A stretch of 60,057 bases of DNA, filler included, from Dugesia japonica (lineage: Eukaryota), in NCBI GenBank assembly GCA_001938525.1. It is 6 parts of 6 records of this genome, joined end to end, with 100 filler letters (N's around TTAATTAATTAA, not from the genome) between each part and the next. Parts side by side here need not be neighbours in the genome. Positions count along the whole stretch, not along the records: positions 40,011 to 49,305 come from MQRL01573251.1; positions 49,406 to 60,057 come from MQRL01625815.1; 4 more parts are not named here. One strand, 5' to 3'. Below, in pieces: positions 48,286-60,057 of the stretch. The notes beneath the pieces are model-generated. The model did not search any database. It was not told the DNA's origin and saw only the letters and a program-made list of their open reading frames with translations. Numbering within the stretch: position 1 is the stretch's first letter; the number at the start of each line of letters is the position of its first letter. The position numbers and the translations under genes are program-made.

Positions 48286-48639
48286 TTACTGGAATAATTT
48301 ACAATAAAATATAAATTTAAAGTTAAATAAAATTATCCAAGAAAATTTGGATAAAATACAAATAATTTTGTAAAAAGTTTCTAATATTGGTTAAATCAAA
48401 CAAAAAGTTATATTCCTGAAGAAAACAATAGTAAAAAATTCAAAATAATAAAAAAAACAAAATTTTGATCGAAGCTTATATATTTTAATGAAACTTTAAA
48501 TTAGGTAAAAAAATTCCTGTTACATCATTGATAATATTATAATGCAATTACAAAATTTTAATGTAATCAAAAGATTTTGGCAAAAGATTTTTTTTAACTG
48601 GCNNNNNNNNNNNNNNNNNNNNNNNNNNNNNNNNNNNNN

Positions 48640-49040
48640 NNNAAGAAGATAACGCTTTCTTAAAAATATTTGGAAATATATTGTCATCAATTTCTAAATG
48701 AACCTAAATGTTTTAAACATAAATTACAAACTTTTTGCGAAAATAAAGATCCCAAAAGCATGTATTACATTGATATTTTAGATATATATGGTAAATTGGA
48801 TCCTGAAGAATAATATCCAATATCGAAGTAGCAATATATATTTACAACAATGCTTACAACAGTGGCTTCGGTATAAAGGAGTTCTAATCAATTAAAAATA
48901 AGTAAAAGTTATTTGAGATCAATCACCGGTCAAGGGGGATTATCAAATGTAAGTATACTATCAAAAGAAAAAAATAAATTTCGATAATATAATAAAATGC
49001 TTTACTAACGCTAAAGCACGCAAAATTCGTCTTTAGTTTT
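48640..49040 (+). mobile_element. hAT transposase C-terminal dimerisation-domain remnant
   Basis: TMLTTVAS..RS..QLKISKSYLRSITGQGGLSNVSILS. Confidence 0.72.
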
Positions 49041-49305
49041 TTCTGTGTAATAATTAATAGTTAGGTTGTTAATAATGTAATTGGTTCCCGGTCTGTATAG
49101 ATTTATGGTTTTATATTAAGAAAAACTTTTTTGAAACAAACATTAATAAAAATGAAAATAAATTATGTTTAAAGCGCACTCATTCCTTTTATAACACACA
49201 CACACACATACACACACATATATACACACACAAAAAAAATATTGAAACGATTAAAAAAGAAAGATTTGAGTATTTGTAAATTTGATAAAGGCAATGGATT
49301 AATGA

Positions 49306-49405
49306 NNNNNNNNNNNNNNNNNNNNNNNNNNNNNNNNNNNNNNNNNNNNTTAATTAATTAANNNNNNNNNNNNNNNNNNNNNNNNNNNNNNNNNNNNNNN
49401 NNNNN
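49306..49405. other. Assembly linker
   Basis: 44N-TTAATTAATTAA-44N. Confidence 0.97.
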
Positions 49406-50080
49406 AACATGTAATTTCTTTTTTATCTTCACTTTGAGTTCCGTTAACTCTTGAGAAGCGTTCTTTTGTCATGTCTCTTCTTACTGCATTGCTGTAACTC
49501 TCCACCATATTTATATTATCTGTTTCTTTCAGGTCCTTCTTTAGTTCATCATTTGCTTTTATTGTTTCAAATATCNNNNNNNNNNNNNNNNNNNNNCCTC
49601 CTTTAATCTTTATTTGCATTCTTTTATCGCGGAAACTATTGAATATTAATTCTTTTGTCATCTCTTCTTTGTCTAGTTTGTGTGCAAAGATTTTATCGAC
49701 CAGTGTTAAAATCTTTTTCTTGTACACATAAACGTGTTCACCTGTTCTCTTGTATTTTAAAGCTTCCTCTAAGTCTTGTATTAGAGTAGTCTTTTGTGGA
49801 ACGCTTTTCTCAGTGGGTTTTCAAAATCTAATAATTCATCTTGGCATTGGTAGGCTTCTCTTAATTCTCGATCAATTAAACCAACCACCAAGAAGTTTTT
49901 ATCCTTTTTCTTTACACCAATACATTCAAAGTATTTGGTGCAACCATTGATAAACTGTTCAATATCGTCACCATGCCGGTAAATTTCTGAGTGTAGTGCT
50001 TCTCGTATGAGGTCCATTGAAGCGTTGGTCGCCATGTTAGTTACTGATAAACTTTCTGAAAAGTCCATTAAATTCAATAA
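49406..50080 (-). mobile_element. LTR-retrotransposon gag-like ORF remnant
   Basis: IYRHGDDIEQFINGCTKYFECIG... capsid-like helical protein running to ITC (possible start of a zinc knuckle) at the linker. Confidence 0.6.
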
Positions 50081-50517
50081 ATTTTTATTTATAACACAAN
50101 NNNNNAAATCTTCAAATCTTCCAAAAAACTATGTTTTTAAAAACTGAATATTTAAACAAACATTTTAAATATTTTAAAAATTCTTGAAATCTAATATATT
50201 ACATTTTCTTCAAAATTTAAATTGTGATTTTCAATTTTTAATCCTTACAATCATTATGTGGTTATTATATGAAAACAGAAAAACGGAAAACGGGCGTGGA
50301 GGATCCCTAATGTAGAAGCAAGAAATAATTTTTTAATAAATAAGAAGAAAACAATTAGATAAATAACAAAAATAATATACACTATTATAATAAAATATTA
50401 GAGAGGTCTCTACGACCCTTTTTCATTAATATAAGAACTATAATTATCGTTTGATATTATTATTATTACTATTATTATTAATTAATTCTAAATCATCAGA
50501 TGTCCTGTCACGATGTG

Positions 50518-50877
50518 GCCAACAAAATTGGATTGTTTAAAGATGAAGTAGAAGGTGACAATTATACTAAATGAATATTCCTAAGGCCACAATATTATAG
50601 TTTGAAGAAAACAGATGCTAGTACAACTATGAAGGCAAAATGGACCAGTTTAAAACAAACATATATCAACCATTAAAGTTATTTAAATGCGTACAATAAA
50701 TATGGAGACGTTGAAGAAGAACCAAACAAAGTTATGCAAAATAGCTTCCAATCAATAAATCACCAGGTTTACACAATAAAGANTAACAAATGCGTATTGT
50801 CTTATCTTGATGATATGCGCTTTTGAAACAAAAGAAATACTAGTATTTCATATGGTCATTATAAAATTAATAATTAA
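50518..50877 (+). pseudogene. Polinton pPolB C-terminal fragment
   Basis: KIGLFKDE, FLRPQYYS, MKAK, FQSINHQVYTI, LSYLDD.R, SISYGHYKI*. Confidence 0.85.
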
Positions 50878-51399
50878 ATACTAAGTATTTAATTACTGTT
50901 TTAATAACCTTTGATTATCAAAAAAAAGACGAAGACAAAGAAGAAGAAACTATGATTATTAGTATTGTGATTTTGATTTTTATGCAGAAATAAATTGTAT
51001 CTATTTGTCAATGATTATACACAGTATTTATTGATTATATATATATATATATATATGTTAATAATAAGTAAAGAAATATTTATTGTTGTTGTTTTTATAA
51101 AAGTAAAATGACTCTTTAGAGTTATTTATATGAATAATAATAAGAAGAAAAAAAAAGAAAAAATATGGATTTGTGGTTTATAAATACTAAATAGGTAATA
51201 TGCATTTAATAGTTACTAAACATTATAAATAATTATAAAATAAGATTAATAATGATTATAACAATATTTATTATGTAACTTCGCAATTGTGTATTGCAAT
51301 GCTAAATGCCACCAAAGTGATTACATAATATGTCAGAAGTCATGCTAATTATGTGTGCATTAATTATTTAATAGAATAAATTTCACAAGTGATGTAGAG

Positions 51400-52410
51400 T
51401 GAATGCTTCCCTCTACTGACATGCCAGAGCTATTAGGATACAAAAAGAGTGTCCCAAAAATTCTCAAGTGGAATGTTTAACTTGCCACAAGAAAAGACAT
51501 TTAAGTAGAAATTGTCCAGACAAAAAGCCACCAAAATGTTTTTGGTGTGGTAAGATTACCACACCAGAAGGATTTACACAGAAATTGTATGCGGTAGATG
51601 TAAAAGATGGGTCAAAGAGCGAAAGAATGTTTTTCGAACATTACTAAACCGAAAAAAGACGAGAGAAGATACAATTCTAAAAGCAGACAACAAACANAGA
51701 ATTAGAGTCGGAGCAAACAAATCCATGCCATTCGAGAAGAAGATGATGATGAAAATGAAGAGATATTTTCTAGGAGCATAATAAAAAATGAAGATCCAAG
51801 AAGAAAATACTCAGAAAGCATGGTTCCATTATTAGAAGAGTTGGTAGGAGCCATTCATTAAAGGAGATGCTGTTTGATTATCATCAGAAGACCGAGAAGT
51901 GGAATGAGACTAGTAAAGTAAGAGAAAAGGTTTAAAGATTCCTAAAAAGAGAAAGTCTCAATGATGCAAAGGTTAACAAAACAGAACTGATGGGAACAAT
52001 CAAAGAGGAAAAAAATGTAGAAATTTCGTATGGTAAGGTGCAAGGAAGATCTAGCAAGCTTTTCCTATACTAAATGTGGACAAAATGCTAGATAATCTGG
52101 AAGGTACACAATATTTTAGCTCAATAGACTAGGGAAATGCATACTATTAAGTAAAATTCAGTGATGATTATCAAGAGAAGATGGCTTTTTGACTAAATAA
52201 CTGGTAGTTTGTTTTAATAGAATGTGTTTTGGAATTGTAGCAGAACCAGGTGCGTTCCAGAAAATAATGAATAAAGTGATCGTGAAAATAAAAGGAGCGA
52301 TAGTTTATCTAAACATTATACTCATATTTTACCGAAACAAAGGAGCAACACTATGAAATTTAGAATGCTGGTCTAAGAGTTAATCCGGATAAATGGTAAT
52401 TCATGCAAAA
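51400..52410 (+). mobile_element. Ty3/gypsy gag zinc knuckles plus RT remnant
   Basis: CLTCHKKRHLSRNC, CFWCGK, CGRCKR; MLDNLEGTQYFSSID, RMCFGIVAEPGAFQKIM, IVYLNI. Confidence 0.8.
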
Positions 52411-52429
52411 GGGGATAAAAGTTTTCGGA

Positions 52430-52885
52430 TACTCTGTATTTATTGAAATCATTGGTCAAGAAAATTTAAATAAAGTTGAAAGTTTATTAGGTAATGAATT
52501 ATTTCAAATGAAAGATGAAAGAACTAATGATGAAATAGTTAAATGTAATTTTATTAAAGAAAATAGTTTTATAATTGAGGATTGCAATAAAAAATAGAAA
52601 CTTAACACAAAGGCGTTTCTAAAATTAATAAAATAAAAATAGATCATTATGATAAAGTTTTAAATAATCCAAAAAAATAATTTATGGAAATAATCATAGT
52701 TTAAAATCACAAAAACATGAAATAGAATTAGTTGAAAAAAAGATTGCTTTAACTAGATATGATGACAAAAAAATAATAGAAGATAATGGAATAAGAACAT
52801 GGCCAAATGGTAATAAGTTTTATTGTAAAAATCATAAGCAGTGGGATTCAAGATTGTATAAATAAGCTGGAAAATTAAATTGTAA
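52430..52885 (+). pseudogene. Polinton pPolB C-terminus, convergent with the structural block
   Basis: LFQMKDE, TKGVSK, SLKSQKHEI...KIALTRYDDKK.I..NGIRTWPNG. Confidence 0.78.
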
Positions 52886-52899
52886 TTTATTGTAAAAAT

Positions 52900-53166
52900 A
52901 AGTTAATTTTCTATTTGAATTAAATTTTCTTTTTTTTTGTAATTCAACTTATTCAGTTGCTTTTTGTTTTTTAATTGCATCTCTAGAATTAGTTGCTATA
53001 CTAGCAACACCTGAAGCAATTCCAGCTGTTGATGCTAAACCAGCAATTATATGTGGTATTGTAGCAAGAAAAGCAAATTCACATTTATGTTCTTTACCTA
53101 ATTTCTTGTTTATTTCTCCTTTAACTTTATCAAATCAATTAATTTTTGTTCTGATGCTGAAGACAT
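52900..53166 (-). pseudogene. Polinton small amphipathic (cupiennin-like, membrane-lytic-type) protein
   Basis: FAFLATIPHIIAGLASTAGIASGVASIATNSRDAIKKQKATE followed by a short coiled coil. Confidence 0.62.
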
Positions 53167-53229
53167 TTTATTTACTAGAATTAAAAAAAAATTAAACAAA
53201 CAAAAATATTCTTATTTATGTTTAGTATT

Positions 53230-53750
53230 CCTCTTTCACCTCTTCAAATCGTCTTTCAAACTCTCTTTCATTTCAAATCATCATCTTTAAAACGATCTTC
53301 TATTTAAGCATCAGCTTCTTTATCTAAATATTAATAATTATATTTAGTTTTCCAATGTAAATTTACATTATAATTATATTCCATTTTACTTGAAAATATA
53401 TTACTAAACAAATCATAATAAACATTATTTTTATCTGTTTTATTTAATTTTAAAAATGTAAAACAATTAGAATTATTTCTAAAAGAGTTTTTGTCTAAAT
53501 GAAAATAAGGTTTTGAAATATAAATTACATTACAATTTACAAGTCCTCCTCTAGAANNNNNNNNNNNNNNNNNNNNNNNNNNNNNNNNNNNNNNNNNNNN
53601 NNNNNNNNNNNNNNNNNNNNNNNNNNNNNNTTTATCACAAAGAATATTTTCATTTGGTTTATTACTTAAAATAACATTAATTAATCTTGGTTTATTTAAC
53701 AAGTACATTTTTCTATAAATAATTGTATAACTTGAAATGGAGTTGAACAA
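53230..53750 (-). pseudogene. Polinton FtsK-like packaging ATPase, C-terminal part
   Basis: SRGGLVNCNVIYISKPYFHLDKNSFRNNSN matches the RGRHxNxxxIYISQxYFxLxKxxIRxN pattern. Confidence 0.78.
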
Positions 53751-53820
53751 TAATCAAAAACTATGTTTTGATGTTTAAAAATAAAAATAATATACTGTTT
53801 TGTTAATCCATTTTATAAAC

Positions 53821-54615
53821 TTACTTATCAAAATACATTGATCTAGTTGCGGACTCCTTATCGAACCAAATATAATTGGGAACTCTATTATTTTCTTCAA
53901 ATATATTTTCATAAGCGCCTTTTAATGATTCTTGATTTTTATTAGTCATTGGAACACAAAAATTAAATCTAAAATATAAATCAATACAAACTAAAATATA
54001 ACGATAGTTTTCAGTTGCTTTTTTAACCATATCAATAGTATCACAACCCCAAGTATTTCTTTTTCTTTTATTATTACTTTTAGAAAATGTTTTGATTGAC
54101 TATAATCTTTATGAAGTTCCTTAGATAATATAGATTTAGTTATTAAATCTTTATTTGCAACAATATTGCCAGCATCTAAAATAATTTTACTTTTCATTGC
54201 TAATTTTACTAAATTTCTTTGTAATTTTTCAGAAACAGTTAGATTTTCGATTTTGTATAAATCATGAATTTGATTTACATCAGCTAAATGCCTTGATCGT
54301 ATATTTTCATCTTTATAAGATAAATCATGTTTCAAAGCTGCTTCATCAACTCTATTAACAGGTTTTTCTCCAGGTTTTGGATTATTATTTTCATTTAATC
54401 TTAAATCAAATATTGTTCCTGGATCAGTATAATTATCTTTAAACAAATTTCTTTCACCTGAATACTTTTCCTAAGTAAATGGTTTTAAAATTGTAGAAGT
54501 TAATTTATAAGATTGAAGATCTCCCCCTTTTTTTAAACAAATTCGTAATTGTCTATCTTTATTTTTTCTAAGTAATATTTTTTTTACAATTTTCACAAAT
54601 ACAATTTTATACATT
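53821..54615 (-). pseudogene. Parvovirus-type phospholipase A2 running into a Polinton RVE integrase
   Basis: NYTDPGT, PVNRVDEAALKHDLSY, RHLAD; then KELHK and (after a frameshift) WGCDTIDM..YRYILVCID..VPMTNK..PNYIWFDKES. Confidence 0.87.
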
Positions 54616-54741
54616 TTATTTAAAATCTAAATAAAATCTAAAGTTATAACGCAAGTGTAACTTTTTTAAAAGATTTTAGAATTAGAGAATTTGGGGATTA
54701 CGGAATTTTTAGGACTACTTACGTAGCCAAATATTAAAAAT

Positions 54742-56040
54742 CTAAATAAAATCCAAACCTCGTTTATTTTCAATTATAACAATTTTAGAATTGGATAATT
54801 TTATTTCAACATGTTTTTCTTCCAAAATACACCAATATAAATTTCTTTTAAAATCACTATCTTTATTTACATGTAAAGTTACATCTACATTATTAATATT
54901 TAAGTTATCATCTTGAGAACTAACATCAAAACAAAAGATTGGATACAAATAACCAAACTCTGGAAGAGATAACTGAGGTTCAGCGAAAAAGTCTTTACAA
55001 CAGTTTAAATAAGGAAAAATCATTTCATTATTATCAATATTAGATTTACTTTTATTTATAGGATACAATGTATTGTTTAATTGTATTTGAATACTTTTTA
55101 GAGAATGGTAAGTAGTTACATCCATAGCTGGAGCTCCTGGTTTTTAAGTTTTTGAGATTTTTTGGATAAATAAATTATTATTCTTTTGATAAGAAATTTC
55201 TGAATCTTTTACACCTATAAATATATATCTTGGTTTATAAGCTAAATTACTTAATTTTAGTGAATAATAATTTCCTGAATCTAAAGTTGTTTTTGAAACA
55301 ATTCTATTTAAAAAGGAAACTTTAATAGATTTAGTTGTATCAATTCTTTCCAAAAGATTCACTTCCATTTTAGGAACTAATATACATTCAGGAATATATA
55401 ATTCTACAGCTGTTAATTTTAAAGTAGCAGTTGTATATTTATCACCATAAAATAATAATTTATCATTTATTTATCTATTACAAATAAATTAAATCATTAC
55501 ATTATATCTATTGTATCATTGTAAAATTCCAAATAATTTTTTTAATGGAAAATAACCTTCAAATTTCTTTTTTGAATTATAAAGTTTATTTCTTTTATAA
55601 AAACCTATATTTGCTCTCCAGCTAGTAACATCTACATCACCTTTGTTTGAATCTGGAATCCAACCTGATAATTCTCCATATATTTTTATAGGTTGATTTA
55701 TTTGTAATTAAATTCAACATTGTTGATGAAATTCCAGTGTCATTAAATTATTTCTACATCTGAAGATCCTACAGTTAATCTCATTGATTTAAATAAACTT
55801 GGAAACCAATTATTTTCCAAAGTTATTTTATCTTTGTTTAAATCTGCTGCACCAAATTCTAATGTAACTTTAAAATACAACATCGCATTAAAAATATCTA
55901 ATTGCTTTGTAGATTGTAAAGATTAAAAAACAATATCTCCAGAAGACAATATCTCCAGATGAAGGTGAAATTCTTAAAACATAATTTTTAAGAAAAAAGT
56001 GTTGAAAATTAATATTATCATCAATGTTTAATTTGTTACA
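54742..56040 (-). pseudogene. Polinton major capsid protein (double jelly-roll), frameshifted
   Basis: LENNWFPSLFKSMRL, GWIPD, FEGYFPLK, KPRYIFIG, IQLNNTLYP, LYPIFCFDVSSQ. Confidence 0.8.
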
Positions 56041-56879
56041 TCAAATTTGAAGGTTATTTTCTTTACTGATAAAATAACAAAAAATAACAAAATTCCAATG
56101 TATGAGATGGTGATTTATTTATTATTTTTAGAACCGGATTCTCACCATCTCAAACATCGTTAATCATCTAATTTACATACAAGTAATTTGTGTAACAGTA
56201 AACACAAATCATAAACGTCTGTATATCATTTTATTATGATGATATTTACAAGTTATACAGAAGCGAGTTTTGAGAAAGTATATATCCATAGGGTACCTTT
56301 ATTTCAATATATTTTCCTAATAATTATAAAAATTCTTTCTATAAATGCTACATTTTCATTCAAAAATACAAAAACGTTACTTACATAAAATTTTTTTAAA
56401 TTAATTTCTTTAGACTTTTTATATGAATATATAGATTATTATTTCTAGTTAATAAATTTATAAAAATTTTATTAATAAATATTTTATCTTTTTATTAATT
56501 TAATAAAAAAGATAAAATCTTTTATATGCCACAAGATTTTTAAAACTAAAAAATTCAACTTTTACTACTTACTATTTTAAGTAAAATATTTTCAAACTTT
56601 TCAAACTTTTTAAAAATAACAAAACTCCAATACATGAGTAATAGTGATAACTACGAATATAAGCCAATCTTTTTGGTTTACTAAATGTGCACTGATATTT
56701 TTATTGTGAAATCAAAAACCACAAGCAAAAAACACAATCCAAAAAACAAAAGCCTTAGTGTTTTATCCTCAACTCTGTTCCACTGGTATCAAACTTTGTT
56801 CCACTGGTAATGATAACCTTCTATTTTCCTATGTAATCACTGCTTAATTTCTGTTCCACTGTTATCAAACTCCATTCCA

Positions 56880-57340
56880 TTAGTATTCTCTTATCATTTG
56901 AACTGTAGTGGAGCCAACGGTCTCGGTTCACATTCGTAGTTATCATTATTACTTTCGTACACCTTTTCAACTCCTGCATGACATAATAATTTATGTATTT
57001 CTTCCATTGCTTCATGAATTTTGTCAGAAATTTTAATTTTCTTGATTATATCATTTTCTTCAAAAATCTTTGATTGATTCTTTTTTTTTTACAATTGTGT
57101 TTAGTACTCTTGTTTTAATCTTCCCTTTTTACCATCTTCATGTGGCATTTGACACTGTACACATACATCACATCTTGGTCTAGATAACATATCTGCATCA
57201 CTATGTTGAATTCTACTTCTATATTCCAAAACCATGTCTAAACTGCTCAGATAATTATTCCAAGTCTGTAATTGTAATGTAATGTAAAATAAAAGAGCAC
57301 TTTTGTGATTTGCGGTATTTCACTGCATCTTCTGTTTCTT
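56880..57340 (-). mobile_element. Ty3/gypsy RNase H-integrase junction remnant
   Basis: LQTWNNYLSSLDMVLEYRSRIQHSDADMLSRPRCDVC; similar to the junction at ~29250-29380. Confidence 0.7.
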
Positions 57341-60057
57341 ACCGCATGTTGATAGTGACAGAAACCCTAATGTTTATTCATATCAAGCAAATTAATATTT
57401 GATTGATTTCCAAAAGAGTACAAATAGCTATTCCATATCATTATTCACCTAGTCGGGGGCCACACTCGTCTATTTATTAGGTATTTTTAATTTAATTTTC
57501 TATTTTTAAATTTTCTTTTTATTTAAATTTTATTATTATTTTANNNNNNNNNNNNNNNNNNNNNNNNNNNNNNNNNNNNNNNNNNNNNNNNNNNNNNNNN
57601 NNNNNNNNNNNNNNNNNNNNNNNNNNNNNNNNNNTAGCCCAGTTTACCCAATCAGATTGCAATAACTTTTAAAAAGTAGCTCAGTATCCACCAATCAAAA
57701 TGAGAAAAATGTGCCCTTTTATCGTGTATGTGCGTATGACTTTCCTAATATGTATATTGGTTTAAATCGAGTGATGAGTCATTTATTGCCTCTCACTTAA
57801 AGTGTATCATGTTTAGCTAGTTATGTAGTAACTTTCAAATTGTTTTCGTTGTAAGTTGTTGTAAGCTTAAAAAAATTAGAAAATCAGATTCAAGAAAAAC
57901 ACTATTATCACTGAACCTTAATCAATTATATCGAAGTTGAATTCTATATCAAAGCTATATCCACTACTCGAACCAAGAAAATTAGTTTGTCAATGATATC
58001 TAGCCTTATTTTTTACTCCCTATACACATTGGTCATTAATTTTATTGTGTGATAATTAGTTTCCGGCAAAATTAATTATAAACATTAATAGATAGATAGA
58101 AGCGCATCACACCAATCTCCTCTTTCTCCGAGGTAGAAAAAAGTTTTGGTTTAAAGATCTCATAATCTGATTGTTGAATTATTTTCGCTGGCGAATGCGT
58201 GTTTCTGTATGACATAGTATCATTTAATCAGAAAATAGGAATTTTCGTAGTAGGTTTAGTATCTATCAATGAAAACTTTAGAAAAATCGTCCTTCTCACA
58301 GTGCATGCGTGTAGGGCTTACTGTATATGTATGTTGATTTTAAATTGAGCAATGAGTAATTAACTCATTATTTAGCTACTTACAAAATTCTTTTATTGTT
58401 AGTAGTAATCGAAGAAAAGATTTATCCAATCAGAATAATTTGTGTGCATTGAGCCGTCTAATCTCCCCGACGGAAAGAGAAATTTTTTTCGGCGATGCTA
58501 TATAATATTTTTTACGGACAATATTAATAGACTATTCGTTTTATTGTATGACAATTATCAGGCGGGCAAATGGAAATATTTAGATTTTTTTTAATCCATT
58601 ATTTTTAATTCATTAAATCAAAAGTATTTCTGGCGGTCTTTTAAAATCAAGTATTACATTTGTGAGAATGGTAGTATGTATATCATCCTATTAAAAAGTA
58701 GACTTTTAAAACAATTAAAAACCCAAGAAGATTTGTATTTTTCAAATATATACGAGATGAATGTTAAACTTAAAGTTATTAAATCCTCATTTTTATGAGA
58801 CGAAGTAATAATGTTGGGCTGGAAAGCGAGAAATTAGAAAATAAAATAATGAACAAAAACTATGGCAAATAACGATTTTGAATAAATAAGTGAAAACGAA
58901 TAGTAGGAACTAAAATGAATTATACATTATTATCTTTACTTATACGAGGTTCACGGATACTGAGGAGATCATTCTGTTTTTATTGATGGTAATGTTATTG
59001 ACGTCTCTATCAAAAATTGTTACTTTGTATAACATTAACAAGTCATAACTGACATCATTGGTGTTGTTAATATTATTGTGTTCTTGCAAACTCCAATTGT
59101 TTCAATTTAATCTCGATGTTAAAACAATTCTCTACTAGAAAAGTTCACTTGTACCACCAACCCAAGAGATTAACTTAATAACACCGCTACTAAATCAGAT
59201 ACCACAGATGTCGGACTCGCTCTGTGATTACAGAGTGTATTGGGAGACATGTTGGATTCTGGTAGATCGCTCCATGAGGAATGGCCAATTGCAAGTAATN
59301 NNNNNNNNNNNNNNNNNNNNNNNNNNNNNNNNNNNNNNNNNNNNNNNNNNNNNNNNNNNNNNNNNNNNCTTTTTTAATTTCTTTTAAAAAATTTATCCCA
59401 ACTTTTCTATCGTCGACATCAACATTGGGAGACATGAATATGCGTTGCACATTTTGTTGAAAATTTACTGTTTAATATCATATAAGTTCTCATATGAACC
59501 TTCTTATGTTTGTCTTCTTTCTTTTATAATATCCACAAAAAGTACTCATCCCAATCAGAAGGGACTGCTCGCAGAGAAGACAAATTGACGCGCCGAACGA
59601 AAAAAGATGATATCACTATCTAAAANAGATGCAAACAGAGAATCAAAGCTTCAAGGAAAGATTAAAACTGNCAAAGCAGCCACTGTGCTTCCTCCAAGAA
59701 AGATAACTGACACTCAAAAGAAACAGGAATATTGAAATATTCGTCACGATTGCAGAGAACATTTTTGGTGAAGAAATAAATGTTCTACGATGATCTGAGT
59801 TGCTTCGTTATTTAAAAGATGTACGAAATCGGGAGCAATAGTAGTATCATTTGAGATTCAAAAACTGGATACAAAAAAATCTCAATGAGTCCAGAAAATG
59901 GAGATAGTTTAAGAAGGATAAAACATCACATAATTTTTTGTGTCTCTGAGATATTATACCCCCCGTAATAATTCAATGGAGAAAGAAATAGCAGAAATAG
60001 AAAGACAAGAGTCAAAAGAAATGTGAAAGCATCGGAGATCAACATTATTTATTATAA

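Noticed and set aside
48800-48830. CTGAAGA...CGAAG as a hammerhead (also CTGATGA at 261 and ~39683)
   Set aside because: No stem II or GAAA in correct geometry; two of the three lie inside transposase coding remnants.
56770-56870. Three copies of TGTTCCACTG(G/T)TA
   Set aside because: Short local slippage repeats at the edge of a gypsy remnant; no further structure.

Overview
Very AT-rich eukaryotic DNA with 44-61 bp introns. A triclad planarian is my inference from composition and repeat content; it is not verifiable here. Five identical 100-bp assembly linkers (44N-TTAATTAATTAA-44N) split the window into ~9-11 kb pieces. Host genes are confined to ~32.6-36.0 kb: EF1-gamma, a 103-aa orphan ORF and the 3' exons of a G-protein beta subunit. 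The rest is decayed mobile DNA: several mariners (one DD39D-type), Ty3/gypsy fragments, an RLE-type non-LTR retrotransposon, a Penelope remnant, hAT remnants, an 18S rDNA fragment, and many Polinton/Maverick pieces (pPolB x5; an MCP / PLA2-integrase / ATPase / amphipathic-peptide block; TIR-like arms with E2F/CHR arrays). The most unusual region is ~10.2-23.1 kb. It holds a repeated module: phased CCAAT boxes + TATA, a candidate leader ending in GTAAGT, a degenerate (ATT)n tract, then intronless mini-genes mostly bracketed by a 3' splice acceptor and AATAAA. The encoded proteins include a BIR-BIR-RING IAP and carry host-like short motifs (PAM2, C-terminal EEVD, LC8-binding KxTQT, PPxY, an LxCxE-like motif). 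It reads like a virus-style host-manipulation cassette, possibly of a Burro-like giant LTR element, but no gag/pol is attached in this window. A high-copy ~170-bp repeat carrying a minimal hammerhead ribozyme is also scattered through the window.
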